The notes under the pieces are model-generated. The model saw only the letters and a list, made by a program, of their open reading frames with translations. It did not search any database and was not told the origin of the DNA. 64,000 nt of DNA, taken from contig OZ024742.1 of NCBI GenBank assembly GCA_964016885.1, positions 376,650,001-376,714,000 of the forward strand, written 5' to 3'. The position numbers and the translations under genes were made by a program. This stretch comes from Eledone cirrhosa. Taxonomy: Eukaryota. Every line of letters starts with the position of its first letter. Within the stretch, counting starts at the first letter, position 1. This document shows, piece after piece, positions 30,001 to 44,327 of the stretch.

Positions 30001-33000
30001 GTAGTACCATCATACACCCAGCCCACCCTGTAAGGTGGTAGTGGTAGTACCATCATACAGCCAGCTCACCCTGTAAGGTGGTAGTGGTAGTGGTAGTGCC
30101 ATCATACACCCACCCCACGTGGTAAGGTGGTAGTGGTAGTACCATCATACACCTAGCCCACCCTGTAAGGTGGTAGTGGTAGTGGTAGTACCATCATACA
30201 CCCAGCCCACCCTGTAAGGTGGTAGTGGTAGTACCATCATACACCCAGCCCACCCTGTAAGGTGGTAGTGGTAGTGGTAGTACCATCATACACCCAGCCC
30301 ACCCTGTAAGGTGGTAGTGGTAGTGGTAGTGCCATCATACACCCAGCCCACCCTGTAAGGTGGTAGTGGTAGTGGTAGTGCCATCATACAGCCAGCTCAC
30401 CCTGTAAGGTGGTAGTGGTAGTGGTAGTGCCATCATACACCCAGCCCACCCTGTAAGGTGGTAGTGGTAGTGGTAGTGCCATCATACACCCAGCCCACCC
30501 TGTAAGGTGGTAGTGGTAGTGGTAGTGCCATCATACACCCAGCCCACCCTGTAAGGTGGTAGTGGTAGTGGTAGTGCCATCATACACCCAGCCCACCCTG
30601 TAAGGTGGTAGTGGTAGTGCCATCATACACCCAGCCAACCCTGTAAGGTGGTAGTGGTAGTGCCATCATACACCCAGCCCACCCTGTAAGGTGGTAGTGG
30701 TAGTGGTAGTACCATCATACACCCAGCCCACCCTGTAAGGTGGTAGTGGTAGTGGTAGTACCATCATACACCCAGCCCACCCTGTAAGGTGGTAGTGGTA
30801 GTGGTAGTGCCATCATACACCCAGCCCACCCTGTAAGGTGGTAGTGGTAGTGGTAGTGCCATCATACAGCCAGCTCACCCTGTAAGGTGGTAGTGGTAGT
30901 GGTAGTGCCATCATACACCCAGCCCACCCTGTAAGGTGGTAGTGGTAGTGGTAGTGCCATCATACACCCAGCCCACCCTGTAAGGTGGTAGTGGTAGTGG
31001 TATTGCCATCATACACCCAGCCCACCCTGTAAGGTGGTAGTGGTAGTGGTAGTGTCATCATACACCCAGCCCACCCTGTAAGGTGGTAGTGGTAGTGGTA
31101 GTGCCATCATACACCCAGCCCACCCTGTAAGGTGGTAGTGGTAGTGGTAGTACCATCATACAGCCAGCTCACCCTGTAAGGTGGTAGTGGTAGTGCCATC
31201 ATACACCCAGCCCACCCTGTAAGGTGGTAGTGGTAGTGGTAGTGCCATCATACAGCCAGCTCACCCTGTAAGGTGGTAGTGGTAGTGCCATCATACACCC
31301 AGCCCACCCTGTAAGGTGGTAGTGGTAGTGGTAGTGCCATCATACAGCCAGCTCACCCTGTAAGGTGGTAGTGGTAGTGCCATCATACACCCAGCCCACC
31401 CTGCAAGGTGGTAGTGGTAGTGCCATCATACACCCAGCTCACCCTGTAAGGTGGTAGTGGTAGTGTCATCATACACCCAGCCCACCCTGTAAGGTGGTAG
31501 TGGTAGTGCCATCATACACCCAGCTCACGCTGTAAGGTGGTAGTGGTAGTGCCATCATACACCCAGCCCACCCTGTAAGGTGGTAGTGGTAGTGGTAGTG
31601 CCATCATACACCCAGCCCACCCTGTAAGGTGGTAGTGGTAGTGGCAGTACCATCATACACCCAGCCCACCCTGTAAGGTGGTAGTGGTAGTACCATCATA
31701 CAGCCAGCTCACCCTGTAAGGTGGTAGTGGTAGTACCATCATACACCCAGCCCACCCTGTAAGGTGGTAGTGGTAGTACCATCATACACCCAGCCCACCC
31801 TGTAAGGTGGTAGTGGTAGTGCCATCATACACCCAGCTCACCCTGTAAGGTGGTAGTGGTAGTGGTAGTGCCATCATACACCCAGCCCACCCTGTAAGGT
31901 GGTAGTGGTAGTGTCATCATACACCCAGCCCACCCTGTAAGGTGGTAGTGGTAGTGGTAGTGTCATCATACACCCAGCCCACCCTGTAAGGTGGTAGTGG
32001 TAGTACCATCATACACCCAGCCCACCCTGTAAGGTGGTAGTGGTAGTGCCATCATACACCCAGCTCACGCTGTAAGGTGGTAGTGGTAGTACCATCATAC
32101 ACCCAGCCCACCCTGTAAGGTGGTAGTGGTAGTGGTAGTGCCATCATACACCCAGCCCACCCTGTAAGGTGGTAGTGGTAGTGGTAGTGCCATCATACAC
32201 CCAGCCAACCCTGTAAGGTGGTAGTGGCAGTGCCATCATACACCTAGCCCACCCTGTAAGGTGGTAGTGGTAGTGCCATCATACACCCAGCCCACCCTGT
32301 AAGGTGGTAGTGGTAGTGGTAGTGCCATCATACACCCAGCCCACCCTGCAAGGTGGTAGTGGTAGTGCCATCATACACCCAGCCCACCCTGTAAGGTGGT
32401 AGTGGTAGTACCATCATACACCCAGCCCACCCTGTAAGGTGGTAGTGGTAGTGCCATCATACACCCAGCCAACCCTGTAAGGTGGTAGTGGTAGTGCCAT
32501 CATACACCCAGCCCACCCTGTAAAGTGGTAGTGGTAGTGCCATCATACACCCAGCCAACCCTGTAAGGTGGTAGTGGTAGTGCCATCATACACCCAACCC
32601 ACCCTGTAAGGTGGTAGTGGTAGTACCATCATACACCCAGCCCACCCTGTAAGGTGGTAGTGGTAGTGGTAGTGCCATCATACACCCAGCCCACCCTGTA
32701 AGGTGGTAGTGGTAGTGGTAGTGCCATCATACACCCAGCCCACCCTGTAAGGTGGTAGTGGTAGTGCCATCATACACCCAGCCCACCCTGTAAGGTGGTA
32801 GTGGTAGTGGTAGTGTCATCATACACCCAGCCAACCCTGTAAGGTGGTAGTGGTAGTGGTAGTGCCATCATACACCCAGCCAACCCTGTAAGGTGGTAGT
32901 GGTAGTGCCATCATACACCCAGCCCACCCTGTAAGGTGGTAGTGGTAGTGGTAGTGCCATCATACACCCAGCCCACCCTGTAAGGTGGTAGTGGTAGTGT

Positions 33001-36000
33001 CATCATACACCCAGCCAACCCTGTAAGGTGGTAGTGGTAGTGGTAGTGCCATCATACACCCAGCCCACCCTGTAAGGTGGTAGTGGTAGTGCCATCATAC
33101 ACCCAGCCCACCCTGCAAGGTGGTAGTGGTAGTGGTAGTGCCATCATACACCCAGCCCACCCTGTAAGGTGGTAGTGGTAGTGCCATCATACACCCAGCC
33201 CACCCTGTAAGGTGGTAGTGGTAGTGGTAGTGTCATCATACACCCAGCCAACCCTGTAAGGTGGTAGTGGTAGTGGTAGTGCCATCATACACCCAGCCAA
33301 CCCTGTAAGGTGGTAGTGGTAGTGCCATCATACACCCAGCCCACCCTGTAAGGTGGTAGTGGTAGTGGTAGTGCCATCATACACCCAGCCCACCCTGTAA
33401 GGTGGTAGTGGTAGTGCGATCATACACCCAGCCAACCCTGTAAGGTGGTAGTGGTAGTGGTAGTGCCATCATACACCCAGCCCACCCTGCAAGGTGGTAG
33501 TGGTAGTGGTAGTGCCATCATACACCCAGCCAACCCTGTAAGGTGGTAGTGGTAGTGGTAGTGCCATCATACACCCAGCCAACCCTGTAAGGTGGTAGTG
33601 GTAGTGCCATCATACACCCAGCCAACCCTGTAAGGTGGTAGTGGTAGTGGTAGTGCCATCATACACCCAGCCCACCCTGTAAGGTGGTAGTGGTAGTGCC
33701 ATCATACACCCAGCCAACCCTGTAAGGTGGTAGTGGTAGTGGTAGTGCCATCATACACCCAGCCCACCCTGTAAGGTGGTAGTGGTAGTGCCATCATACA
33801 CCCAGCCAACCCTGTAAGGTGGTAGTGGTAGTGGTAGTGCCATCATACACCCAGCCCACCCTGTAAGGTGGTAGTGGTAGTGGTAGTGCCATCATACACC
33901 CAGCCCACCCTGTAAGGTGGTAGTGGTAGTGCCATCATACACCCAGCCCACCCTGTAAGGTGGTAGTGGTGGTGGTAGTGTCATCATACACCCAGCCCAC
34001 CCTGTAAGGTGGTAGTGGTAGTGCCATCATACACCCAGCCAACCCTGTAAGGTGGTAGTGGTGGTGGTAGTGTCATCATACACCCAGCCCACCCTGTAAG
34101 GTGGTAGTGGTAGTGCCATCATACACCCAGCCCACCCTGTAAGGTGGTAGTGGTAGTGGTAGTGTCATCATACACCCAGCCAACCCTGTAAGGTGGTAGT
34201 GGTGGTGGTAGTGTCATCATACACCCAGCCAACCCTGTAAGGTGGTAGTGGTAGTGGTAGTGCCATCATACACCCAGCCCACCCTGTAAGGTGGTAGTGG
34301 TAGTGGTAGTGTCATCATACACCCAGCCAACCCTGTAAGGTGGTAGTGGTGGTGGTAGTGTCATCATACACCCAGCCAACCCTGTAAGGTGGTAGTGGTA
34401 GTGCCATCATACACCCAGCCCACCCTGTAAGGTGGTAGTGGTAGTGGTAGTGTCATCATACACCCAGCCAACCCTGTAAGGTGGTAGTGGTAGTGGTAGT
34501 GCCATCATACACCCAGCCCACCCTGTAAGGTGGTAGTGGTAGTGGTAGTGCCATCATACACCCAGCCCACCCTGTAAGGTGGTAGTGGTAGTGTCATCAT
34601 ACACCCAGCCCACCCTGTAAGGTGGTAGTGGTAGTGCCATCATACACCCAGCCCACCCTGTAAGGTGGTAGTGGTAGTGGTAGTACCATCATACACCCAG
34701 CCAACCCTGTAAGGTGGTAGTGGTAGTGTCATCATACACCCAGCCCACCCTGTAAGGTGGTAGTGGTAGTGGTAGTGCCATCATACACCCAGCTCACCCT
34801 GTAAGGTGGTAGTGGTAGTGGTAGTGTCATCATACACCCAGCCAACCCTGTAAGGTGGTAGTGGTAGTGGTAGTGCCATCATACACCCAGCCCACCCTGT
34901 AAGGTGGTAGTGGTAGTGGTAGTGCCATCATACACCCAGCCAACCCTGTAAGGTGGTAGTGGTGGTGGTAGTGTCATCATACACCCAGCCAACCCTGTAA
35001 GGTGGTAGTGGTAGTGCCATCATACACCCAGCCCACCCTGTAAGGTGGTAGTGGTAGTGGTAGTGCCATCATACACCCAGCCCACCCTGTAAGGTGGTAG
35101 TGGTAGTGCCATCATACACCCAGCCCACCCTGTAAGGTGGTAGTGGTAGTGCCATCATACACCCAGCCCACCCTGTAAGGTGGTAGTGGTAGTGGTAGTG
35201 CCATCATACACCTAGCCCACCCTGTAAGGTGGTAGTGGTAGTGGTAGTGCCATCATACACCCAGCCCACCCTGTAAGGTGGTAGTGGTAGTGGTAGTGCC
35301 ATCATACACCCAGCCCACCCTGTAAGGTGGTAGTGGTAGTGCCATCATACACCCAGCCCACCCTGTAAGGTGGTAGTGGTAGTGCCATCATACACCCAGC
35401 CCACCCTGTAAGGTGGTAGTGGTAGTGCCATCATACACCCAGCCCACCCTGTAAGGTGGTAGTGGTAGTGCCATCATACACCCAGCCCACCCTGTAAGGT
35501 GGTAGTGGTAGTGCCATCATACACCCAGCCCACCCTGTAAGGTGGTAGTGGTAGTGCCATCATACACCCAGCCCACCCTGTAAGGTGGTAGTGGTAGTGG
35601 CAGTGCCATCATATACCCAGCCCACCCTGTAAGGTGGTAGTGGTAGTGCCATCATACACCCAGCCCACCCTGTAAGGTGGTAGTGGTAGTGGTAGTGCCA
35701 TCATACACCTAGCCCACCCTGTAAGGTGGTAGTGGTAGTACCATCATACACCCAGCCCACCCTGTAAGGTGGTAGTGGTAGTGGTAGTGCCATCATACAC
35801 CTAGCCCACCCTGTAAGGTGGTAGTGGTAGTGCCATCATACACCCAGCCCACCCTGTAAGGTGGTAGTGGTAGTGGTAGTACCATCATACACCCAGCCCA
35901 CCCTGCAAGGTGGTAGTGGTATTGGTAGTACCATCATACACCCAGCCCACCCTGTAAGGTGGTAGTGGTAGTGTCATCATACACCCAGCCCACCCTGTAA

Positions 36001-39000
36001 GGTGGTAGTGGTAGTGGTAGTACCATCATACACCCAGCCCACCCTGTAAGGTGGTAGTGGTAGTGTCATCATACACCCAGCCCACCCTGTAAGGTGGTAG
36101 TGGTAGTGGTAGTGCCATCATACACCTAGCCCACCCTGTAAGGTGGTAGTGGTAGTACCATCATACACCCAGCCCACCCTGTAAGGTGGTAGTGGTAGTG
36201 GTAGTGCCATCATACACCTAGCCCACCCTGTAAGGTGGTAGTGGTAGTGCCATCATACACCCAGCCCACCCTGTAAGGTGGTAGTGGTAGTGGTAGTGCC
36301 ATCATACACCCAGCCCACCCTGTAAGGTGGTAGTGGTAGTGGTAGTGCCATCATACACCCAGCCCACCCTGTAAGGTGGTAGTGGTAGTACCATCATACA
36401 CCCAGCCCACCCTGTAAGGTGGTAGTGGTAGTACCATCATACACCCAGCCCACCCTGTAAGGTGGTAGTGGTAGTGCCATCATACAGCCAGCTCACCCTG
36501 TAAGGTTGTAGTGGTAGTGCCATCATACACCCAGCCCACCCTGTAAGGTGGTAGTGGTAGTACCATCATACACCCAGCCCACCCTGTAAGGTGGTAGTGG
36601 TAGTGGTAGTGCCATCATACACCTAGCCCACCCTGTAAGGTGGTAGTGGTAGTGCCATCATACACCCAGCCCACCCTGTAAGGTGGTAGTGGTAGTGGTA
36701 GTGCCATCATACACCCAGCCCACCCTGTAAGGTGGTAGTGGTAGTGGTAGTGCCATCATACACCCAGCCCACCCTGTAAGGTGGTAGTGGTAGTGCCATC
36801 ATACACCCAGCCCACCCTGTAAGGTGGTAGTGGTAGTGGTAGTGCCATCATACACCCAGCCCACCCTGTAAGGTGGTAGTGGTAGTACCATCATACACCC
36901 AGCCAACCCTGTAAGGTGGTAGTGGTAGTGGTAGTACCATCATACACCCAGCCCACCCTGTAAGGTGGTAGTGGTAGTGGTAGTGTCATCATACAGCCAG
37001 CTCACCCTGTAAGGTTGTAGTGGTAGTGCCATCATACACCCAGCCCACCCTGTAAGGTGGTAGTGGTAGTACCATCATACACCCAGCCCACCCTGTAAGG
37101 TGGTAGTGGTAGTGGTAGTGTCATCATACAGCCAGCTCACCCTGTAAGGTGGTAGTGGTAGTACCATCATACACCCAGCCCACCCTGTAAGGTGGTAGTG
37201 GTAGTACCATCATACACCCAGCCCACCCTGTAAGGTGGTAGTGGTAGTGGTAGTGCCATCATACACCTAGCCCACCCTGTAAGGTGGTAGTGGTAGTGCC
37301 ATCATACACCCAGCCCACCCTGTAAGGTGGTAGTGGTAGTGGTAGTGCCATCATACACCCAGCCCACCCTGTAAGGTGGTAGTGGTAGTGGTAGTGCCAT
37401 CATACACCCAGCCCACCCTGTAAGGTGGTAGTGGTAGTACCATCATACACCCAGCCCACCCTGTAAGGTGGTAGTGGTAGTACCATCATACACCCAGCCC
37501 ACCCTGTAAGGTGGTAGTGGTAGTGGTAGTGCCATCATACACCCAGCCCACCCTGTAATGTGGTAGTGGTAGTGGTAGTGCCATCATACAGCCAGCTCAC
37601 CCTGTAAGGTTGTAGTGGTAGTGCCATCATACACCCAGCCCACCCTGTAAGGTGGTAGTGGTAGTACCATCATACACCCAGCCCACCCTGTAAGGTGGTA
37701 GTGGTAGTGGTAGTGCCATCATACACCTAGCCCACCCTGTAAGGTGGTAGTGGTAGTACCATCATACACCCAGCCCACCCTGTAAGGTGGTAGTGGTAGT
37801 ACCATCATACACCCAGCCCACCCTGTAAGGTGGTAGTGGTAGTGGTAGTGCCATCATACACCCAGCCCACCCTGTAAGGTGGTAGTGGTAGTACCATCAT
37901 ACACCCAGCCCACCCTGTAAGGTGGTAGTGGTAGTGGTAGTGCCATCATACACCTAGCCCACCCTGTAAGGTGGTAGTGGTAGTACCATCATACACCCAG
38001 CCCACCCTGTAAGGTGGTAGTGGTAGTGGTAGTGCCATCATACACCCAGCCCACCCTGTAAGGTGGTAGTGGTAGTGGTAGTGCCATCATACACCCAGCC
38101 CACCCTGTAAGGTGGTAGTGGTAGTACCATCATACACCCAGCCCACCCTGTAAGGTGGTAGTGGTAGTGGTAGTGCCATCATACACCCAGCCCACCCTGT
38201 AAGGTGGTAGTGGTAGTGGTAGTGCCATCATACACCCAGCCCACCCTGTAAGGTGGTAGTGGTAGTACCATCATACACCCAGCCCACCCTGTAAGGTGGT
38301 AGTGGTAGTGCCATCATACACCCAGCCCACCCTGTAAGGTGGTAGTGGTAGTGGTAGTGCCATCATACACCTAGCCCACCCTGTAAGGTGGTAGTGGTAG
38401 TGCCATCATACACCCAGCCCACCCTGTAAGGTGGTAGTGGTAGTGCCATCATACACCCAGCCCACCCTGTAAGGTGGTAGTGGTAGTGGTAGTACCATCA
38501 TACACCCAGCCCACCCTGTAAGGTGGTAGTGGTAGTACCATCATACACCCAGCCCACCCTGTAAGGTGGTAGTGGTAGTGCCATCATACACCCAGCCCAC
38601 CCTGTAAGGTGGTAGTGGTAGTGGTAGTGCCATCATACACCCAGCCCACCCTGTAAGGTGGTAGTGGTAGTGCCATCATACACCCAGCCCACCCTGTAAG
38701 GTGGTAGTGGTAGTACCATCATACACCCAGCCCACCCTGTAAGGTGGTAGTGGTAGTGGTAGTGTCATCATACACCCAGCCAACCCTGTAAGGTGGTAGT
38801 GGTAGTGCGATCATACACCCAGCCCACCCTGTAAGGTGGTAGTGGTAGTACCATCATACACCCAGCCCACCCTGTAAGGTGGTAGTGGTAGTGGTAGTGC
38901 CATCATACACCTAGCCCACCCTGTAAGGTGGTAGTGGTAGTGGTAGTGTCATCATACACCCAGCCCACCCTGTAAGGTGGTAGTGGTAGTGGTAGTGCCA

Positions 39001-42000
39001 TCATACACCCAGCCCACCCTGTAAGGTGGTAGTGGTAGTGCCATCATACACCCAGCCCACCCTGTAAGGTGGTAGTGGTAGTGGTAGTGCCATCATACAC
39101 CCAGCCCACCCTGTAAGGTGGTAGTGGTAGTGCCATCATACACCCAGCCCACCCTGTAAGGTGGTAGTGGTAGTGTCATCATACACCCAGCCCACCCTGT
39201 AAGGTGGTAGTGGTAGTGTCATCATACACCCAGCCCACCCTGTAAGGTGGTAGTGGTAGTGTCATCATACACCCAGCCCACCCTGTAAGGTGGTAGTGGT
39301 AGTGCCATCATACACCCAGCCCACCCTGTAAGGTGGTAGTGGTAGTGGTAGTGCCATCATACACCCAGCCCACCCTGTAAGGTGGTAGTGGTAGTGTCAT
39401 CATACACCCAGCCCACCCTGTAAGGTGGTAGTGGTAGTGTCATCATACACCCAGCACACCCTGTAAGGTGGTAGTGGTAGTGTCATCATACACCCAGCCC
39501 ACCCTGTAAGGTGGTAGTGGTAGTGCCATCATACACCCAGCCCACCCTGTAAGGTGGTAGTGGTAGTGGTAGTGCCATCATACACCCAGCCCACCCTGTA
39601 AGGTGGTAGTGGTAGTGTCATCATACACCCAGCCCACCCTGTAAGGTGGTAGTGGTAGTGTCATCATACACCCAGCACACCCTGTAAGGTGGTAGTGGTA
39701 GTGCCATCATACACCCAGCCCACCCTGTAAGGTGGTAGTGGTAGTGTCATCATACACCCAGCCCACCCTGTAAGGTGGTAGTGGTAGTGTCATCATACAC
39801 CCAGCCCACCCTGTAAGGTGGTAGTGGTAGTGTCATCATACACCCAGCCCACCCTGTAAGGTGGTAGTGGTAGTGCCATCATACACCCAGCCCACCCTGT
39901 AAGGTGGTAGTGGTAGTGGTAGTGCCATCATACACCCAGCCCACCCTGTAAGGTGGTAGTGGTAGTGTCATCATACACCCAGCCCACCCTGTAAGGTGGT
40001 AGTGGTAGTGCCATCATACACCCAGCCCACCCTGTAAGGTGGTAGTGGTAGTGCCATCATACACCCAGCCAACCCTGTAAGGTGGTAGTGGTAGTGTCAT
40101 CATACACCCAGCCCACCCTGTAAGGTGGTAGTGGTAGTGTCATCATACACCCAGCCCACCCTGTAAGGTGGTAGTGGTAGTGCCATCATACACCCAGCCC
40201 ACCCTGTAAGGTGGTAGTGGTAGTGGTAGTGCCATCATACACCCAGCCCACCCTGTAAGGTGGTAGTGGTAGTGGTAGTGCCATCATACACCCAGCCCAC
40301 CCTGTAAGGTGGTAGTGGTAGTGCGATCATACACCCAGCCCACCCTGTAAGGTGGTAGTGGTAGTGGTAGTGCCATCATACACCCAGCCCACCCTGTAAG
40401 GTGGTAGTGGTAGTGGTAGTGCCATCATACACCCAGCCCACCCTGTAAGGTGGTAGTGGTAGTGGTAGTGCCATCATACACCCAGCCCACCCTGTAAGGT
40501 GGTAGTGGTAGTGCGATCATACACCCAGCCCACCCTGTAAGGTGGTAGTGGTAGTGGTAGTGCCATCATACACCCAGCCCACCCTGTAAGGTGGTAGTGG
40601 TAGTGGTAGTGCCATCATACACCCAGCCCACCCTGTAAGGTGGTAGTGGTAGTGGTAGTGCCATCATACACCCAGCCCACCCTGTAAGGTGGTAGTGGTA
40701 GTGCGATCATACACCCAGCCCACCCTGTAAGGTGGTAGTGGTAGTGGTAGTGCCATCATACACCCAGCCCACCCTGTAAGGTGGTAGTGGTAGTGCGATC
40801 ATACACCCAGCCCACCCTGTAAGGTGGTAGTGGTAGTGGTAGTGCCATCATACACCCAGCCCACCCTGTAAGGTGGTAGTGGTAGTGGTAGTGCCATCAT
40901 ACACCCAGCCCACCCTGTAAGGTGGTAGTGGTAGTGGTAGTGCCATCATACACCCAGCCCACCCTGTAAGGTGGTAGTGGTAGTGCGATCATACACCCAG
41001 CCCACCCTGTAAGGTGGTAGTGGTAGTGGTAGTGCCATCATACACCCAGCCCACCCTGTAAGGTGGTAGTGGTAGTGGTAGTGCCATCATACACCCAGCC
41101 AACCCTGTAAGGTGGTAGTGGTAGTGGTAGTGCCATCATACACCCAGCCCACCCTGTAAGGTGGTAGTGGTAGTGGTAGTGCCATCATACACCCAGCCCA
41201 CCCTGTAAGGTGGTAGTGGTAGTGGTAGTGCCATCATACACCCAGCCCACCCTGTAAGGTGGTAGTGGTAGTACCATCATACACCCAGCCCACCCTGTAA
41301 GGTGGTAGTGGTAGTACCATCATACACCCAGCCCACCCTGTAAGGTGGTAGTGGTAGTGCCATCATACACCCAGCCCACCCTGTAAGGTGGTAGTGGTAG
41401 TGTCATCATACACCCAGCCCACCCTGTAAGGTGGTAGTGGTAGTGGTAGTACCATCATACACCCAGCCAACCCTGTAAGGTGGTAGTGGTAGTGCGATCA
41501 TACACCCAGCCCACCCTGTAAGGTGGTAGTGGTAGTGGTAGTGCCATCATACACCTAGCCCACCCTGTAAGGTGGTAGTGGTAGTGGTAGTGCCATCATA
41601 CACCCAGCCCACCCTGTAAGGTGGTAGTGGTAGTGGTAGTACCATCATACACCCAGCCCACCCTGTAAGGTGGTAGTGGTAGTGGTAGTGCCATCATACA
41701 CCCAGCCAACCCTGTAAGGTGGTAGTGGTAGTGCGATCATACACCCAGCCCACCCTGTAAGGTGGTAGTGGTAGTACCATCATACACCCAGCCCACCCTG
41801 TAAGGTGGTAGTGGTAGTGGTAGTGCCATCATACACCCAGCCCACCCTGTAAGGTGGTAGTGGTAGTACCATCATACACCCAGCCCACCCTGTAAGGTGG
41901 TAGTGGTAGTGGTAGTGCCATCATACACCCAGCCCAACCTGTAAGGTGGTAGTGGTAGTGTCATCATACACCCAGCCCACCCTGTAAGGTGGTAGTGGTA

Positions 42001-44327
42001 GTGCCATCATACACCCAGCCCACCCTGTAAGGTGGTAGTGGTAGTGGTAGTGCCATCATACACCCAGCCCAACCTGTAAGGTGGTAGTGGTAGTACCATC
42101 ATACACCCAGCCCACCCTGTAAGGTGGTAGTGGTAGTGGTAGTGCCATCATACACCCAGCCCAACCTGTAAGGTGGTAGTGGTAGTGTCATCATACACCC
42201 AGCCCACCCTGTAAGGTGGTAGTGGTAGTGCCATCATACACCCAGCCCACCCTGTAAGGTGGTAGTGGTAGTGGTAGTGCCATCATACACCCAGCCCAAC
42301 CTGTAAGGTGGTAGTGGTAGTACCATCATACACCCAGCCCACCCTGTAAGGTGGTAGTGGTAGTGGTAGTGCCATCATACACCCAGCCCAACCTGTAAGG
42401 TGGTAGTGGTAGTGTCATCATACACCCAGCCCACCCTGTAAGGTGGTAGTGGTAGTGCCATCATACACCCAGCCCACCCTGTAAGGTGGTAGTGGTAGTG
42501 CGATCATACACCCAGCCCACCCTGTAAGGTGGTAGTGGTAGTGCGATCATACACCCAGCCCACCCTGTAATGTGGTAGTGGTAGTGGTAGTGCCATCATA
42601 CACCCAGCCAACCCTGTAAGGTGGTAGTGGTAGTGCGATCATACACCCAGCCCACCCTGTAAGGTGGTAGTGGTAGTACCATCATACACCCAGCCCACCC
42701 TGTAAGGTGGTAGTGGTAGTGGTAGTGCCATCATACACCCAGCCAACCCTGTAAGGTGGTAGTGGTAGTGCGATCATACACCCAGCCCACCCTGTAAGGT
42801 GGTAGTGGTAGTACCATCATACACCCAGCCCACCCTGTAAGGTGGTAGTGGTAGTGGTAGTGCCATCATACACCCAGCCAACCCTGTAAGGTGGTAGTGG
42901 TAGTGCGATCATACACCCAGCCCACCCTGTAAGGTGGTAGTGGTAGTGCCATCATACACCCAGCCCACCCTGTAAGGTGGTAGTGGTAGTGCGATCATAC
43001 ACCCAGCCCACCCTGTAAGGTGGTAGTGGTAGTACCATCATACACCCAGCCCACCCTGTAAGGTGGTAGTGGTAGTGGTAGTGCCATCATACACCTAGCC
43101 CACCCTGTAAGGTGGTAGTGGTAGTGGTAGTGCCATCATACACCCAGCCCACCCTGTAAGGTGGTAGTGGTAGTGCGATCATACACCCAGCCCACCCTGT
43201 AAGGTGGTAGTGGTAGTGCGATCATACACCCAGCCCACCCTGTAATGTGGTAGTGGTAGTGGTAGTGCCATCATACACCCAGCCAACCCTGTAAGGTGGT
43301 AGTGGTAGTGCGATCATACACCCAGCCCACCCTGTAAGGTGGTAGTGGTAGTACCATCATACACCCAGCCCACCCTGTAAGGTGGTAGTGGTAGTGGTAG
43401 TGCCATCATACACCCAGCCAACCCTGTAAGGTGGTAGTGGTAGTGCGATCATACACCCAGCCCACCCTGTAAGGTGGTAGTGGTAGTACCATCATACACC
43501 CAGCCCACCCTGTAAGGTGGTAGTGGTAGTGGTAGTGCCATCATACACCCAGCCAACCCTGTAAGGTGGTAGTGGTAGTGCGATCATACACCCAGCCCAC
43601 CCTGTAAGGTGGTAGTGGTAGTGCCATCATACACCCAGCCCACCCTGTAAGGTGGTAGTGGTAGTGCGATCATACACCCAGCCCACCCTGTAAGGTGGTA
43701 GTGGTAGTACCATCATACACCCAGCCCACCCTGTAAGGTGGTAGTGGTAGTGGTAGTGCCATCATACACCTAGCCCACCCTGTAAGGTGGTAGTGGTAGT
43801 GGTAGTGCCATCATACACCCAGCCCACCCTGTAAGGTGGTAGTGGTAGTGCGATCATACACCCAGCCCACCCTGTAAGGTGGTAGTGGTAGTGCCATCAT
43901 ACACCCAGCCCACCCTGTAAGGTGGTAGTGGTAGTGGTAGTGTCATCATACACCCAGCCCACCCTGTAAGGTGGTAGTGGTAGTGCCATCATACACCCAG
44001 CCCACCCTGTAAGGTGGTAGTGGTAGTGTCATCATACACCCAGCCCACCCTGTAAGGTGGTAGTGGTAGTGCCATCATACACCCAGCCAACCCTGTAAGG
44101 TGGTAGTGGTAGTGCCATCATACACCCAGCCCACCCTGTAAGGTGGTAGTGGTAGTGCCATCATACACCCAGCCAACCCTGTAAGGTGGTAGTGGTAGTG
44201 CCATCATACACCCAGCCCACCCTGTAAGGTGGTAGTGGTAGTGCCATCATACACCCAGCCAACCCTGTAAGGTGGTAGTGGTAGTGCCATCATACACCCA
44301 GCCCACCCTGTAAGGTGGTAGTGGTAG
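1..44327 (+). repeat. Giant minisatellite, 43-bp unit with 49/55-bp length variants (runs off the left edge)
   Basis: Unit CTGTAAGGTGGTAGT(GGTAGT)nGCCATCATACACCCAGCCCACC. Period 43 is seen directly (CTGTAAG at 12481 and 12524). Most length variants add GGTAGT. Common variants are GCCAT/GTCAT/ACCAT. The array ends abruptly at 44327. Confidence 0.99.

Noticed and set aside
1-44327. CRISPR array or telomeric repeat
   Set aside because: Units are head-to-tail with no unique spacers and no cas genes. The unit is not TTAGGG-like and the array appears intronic.
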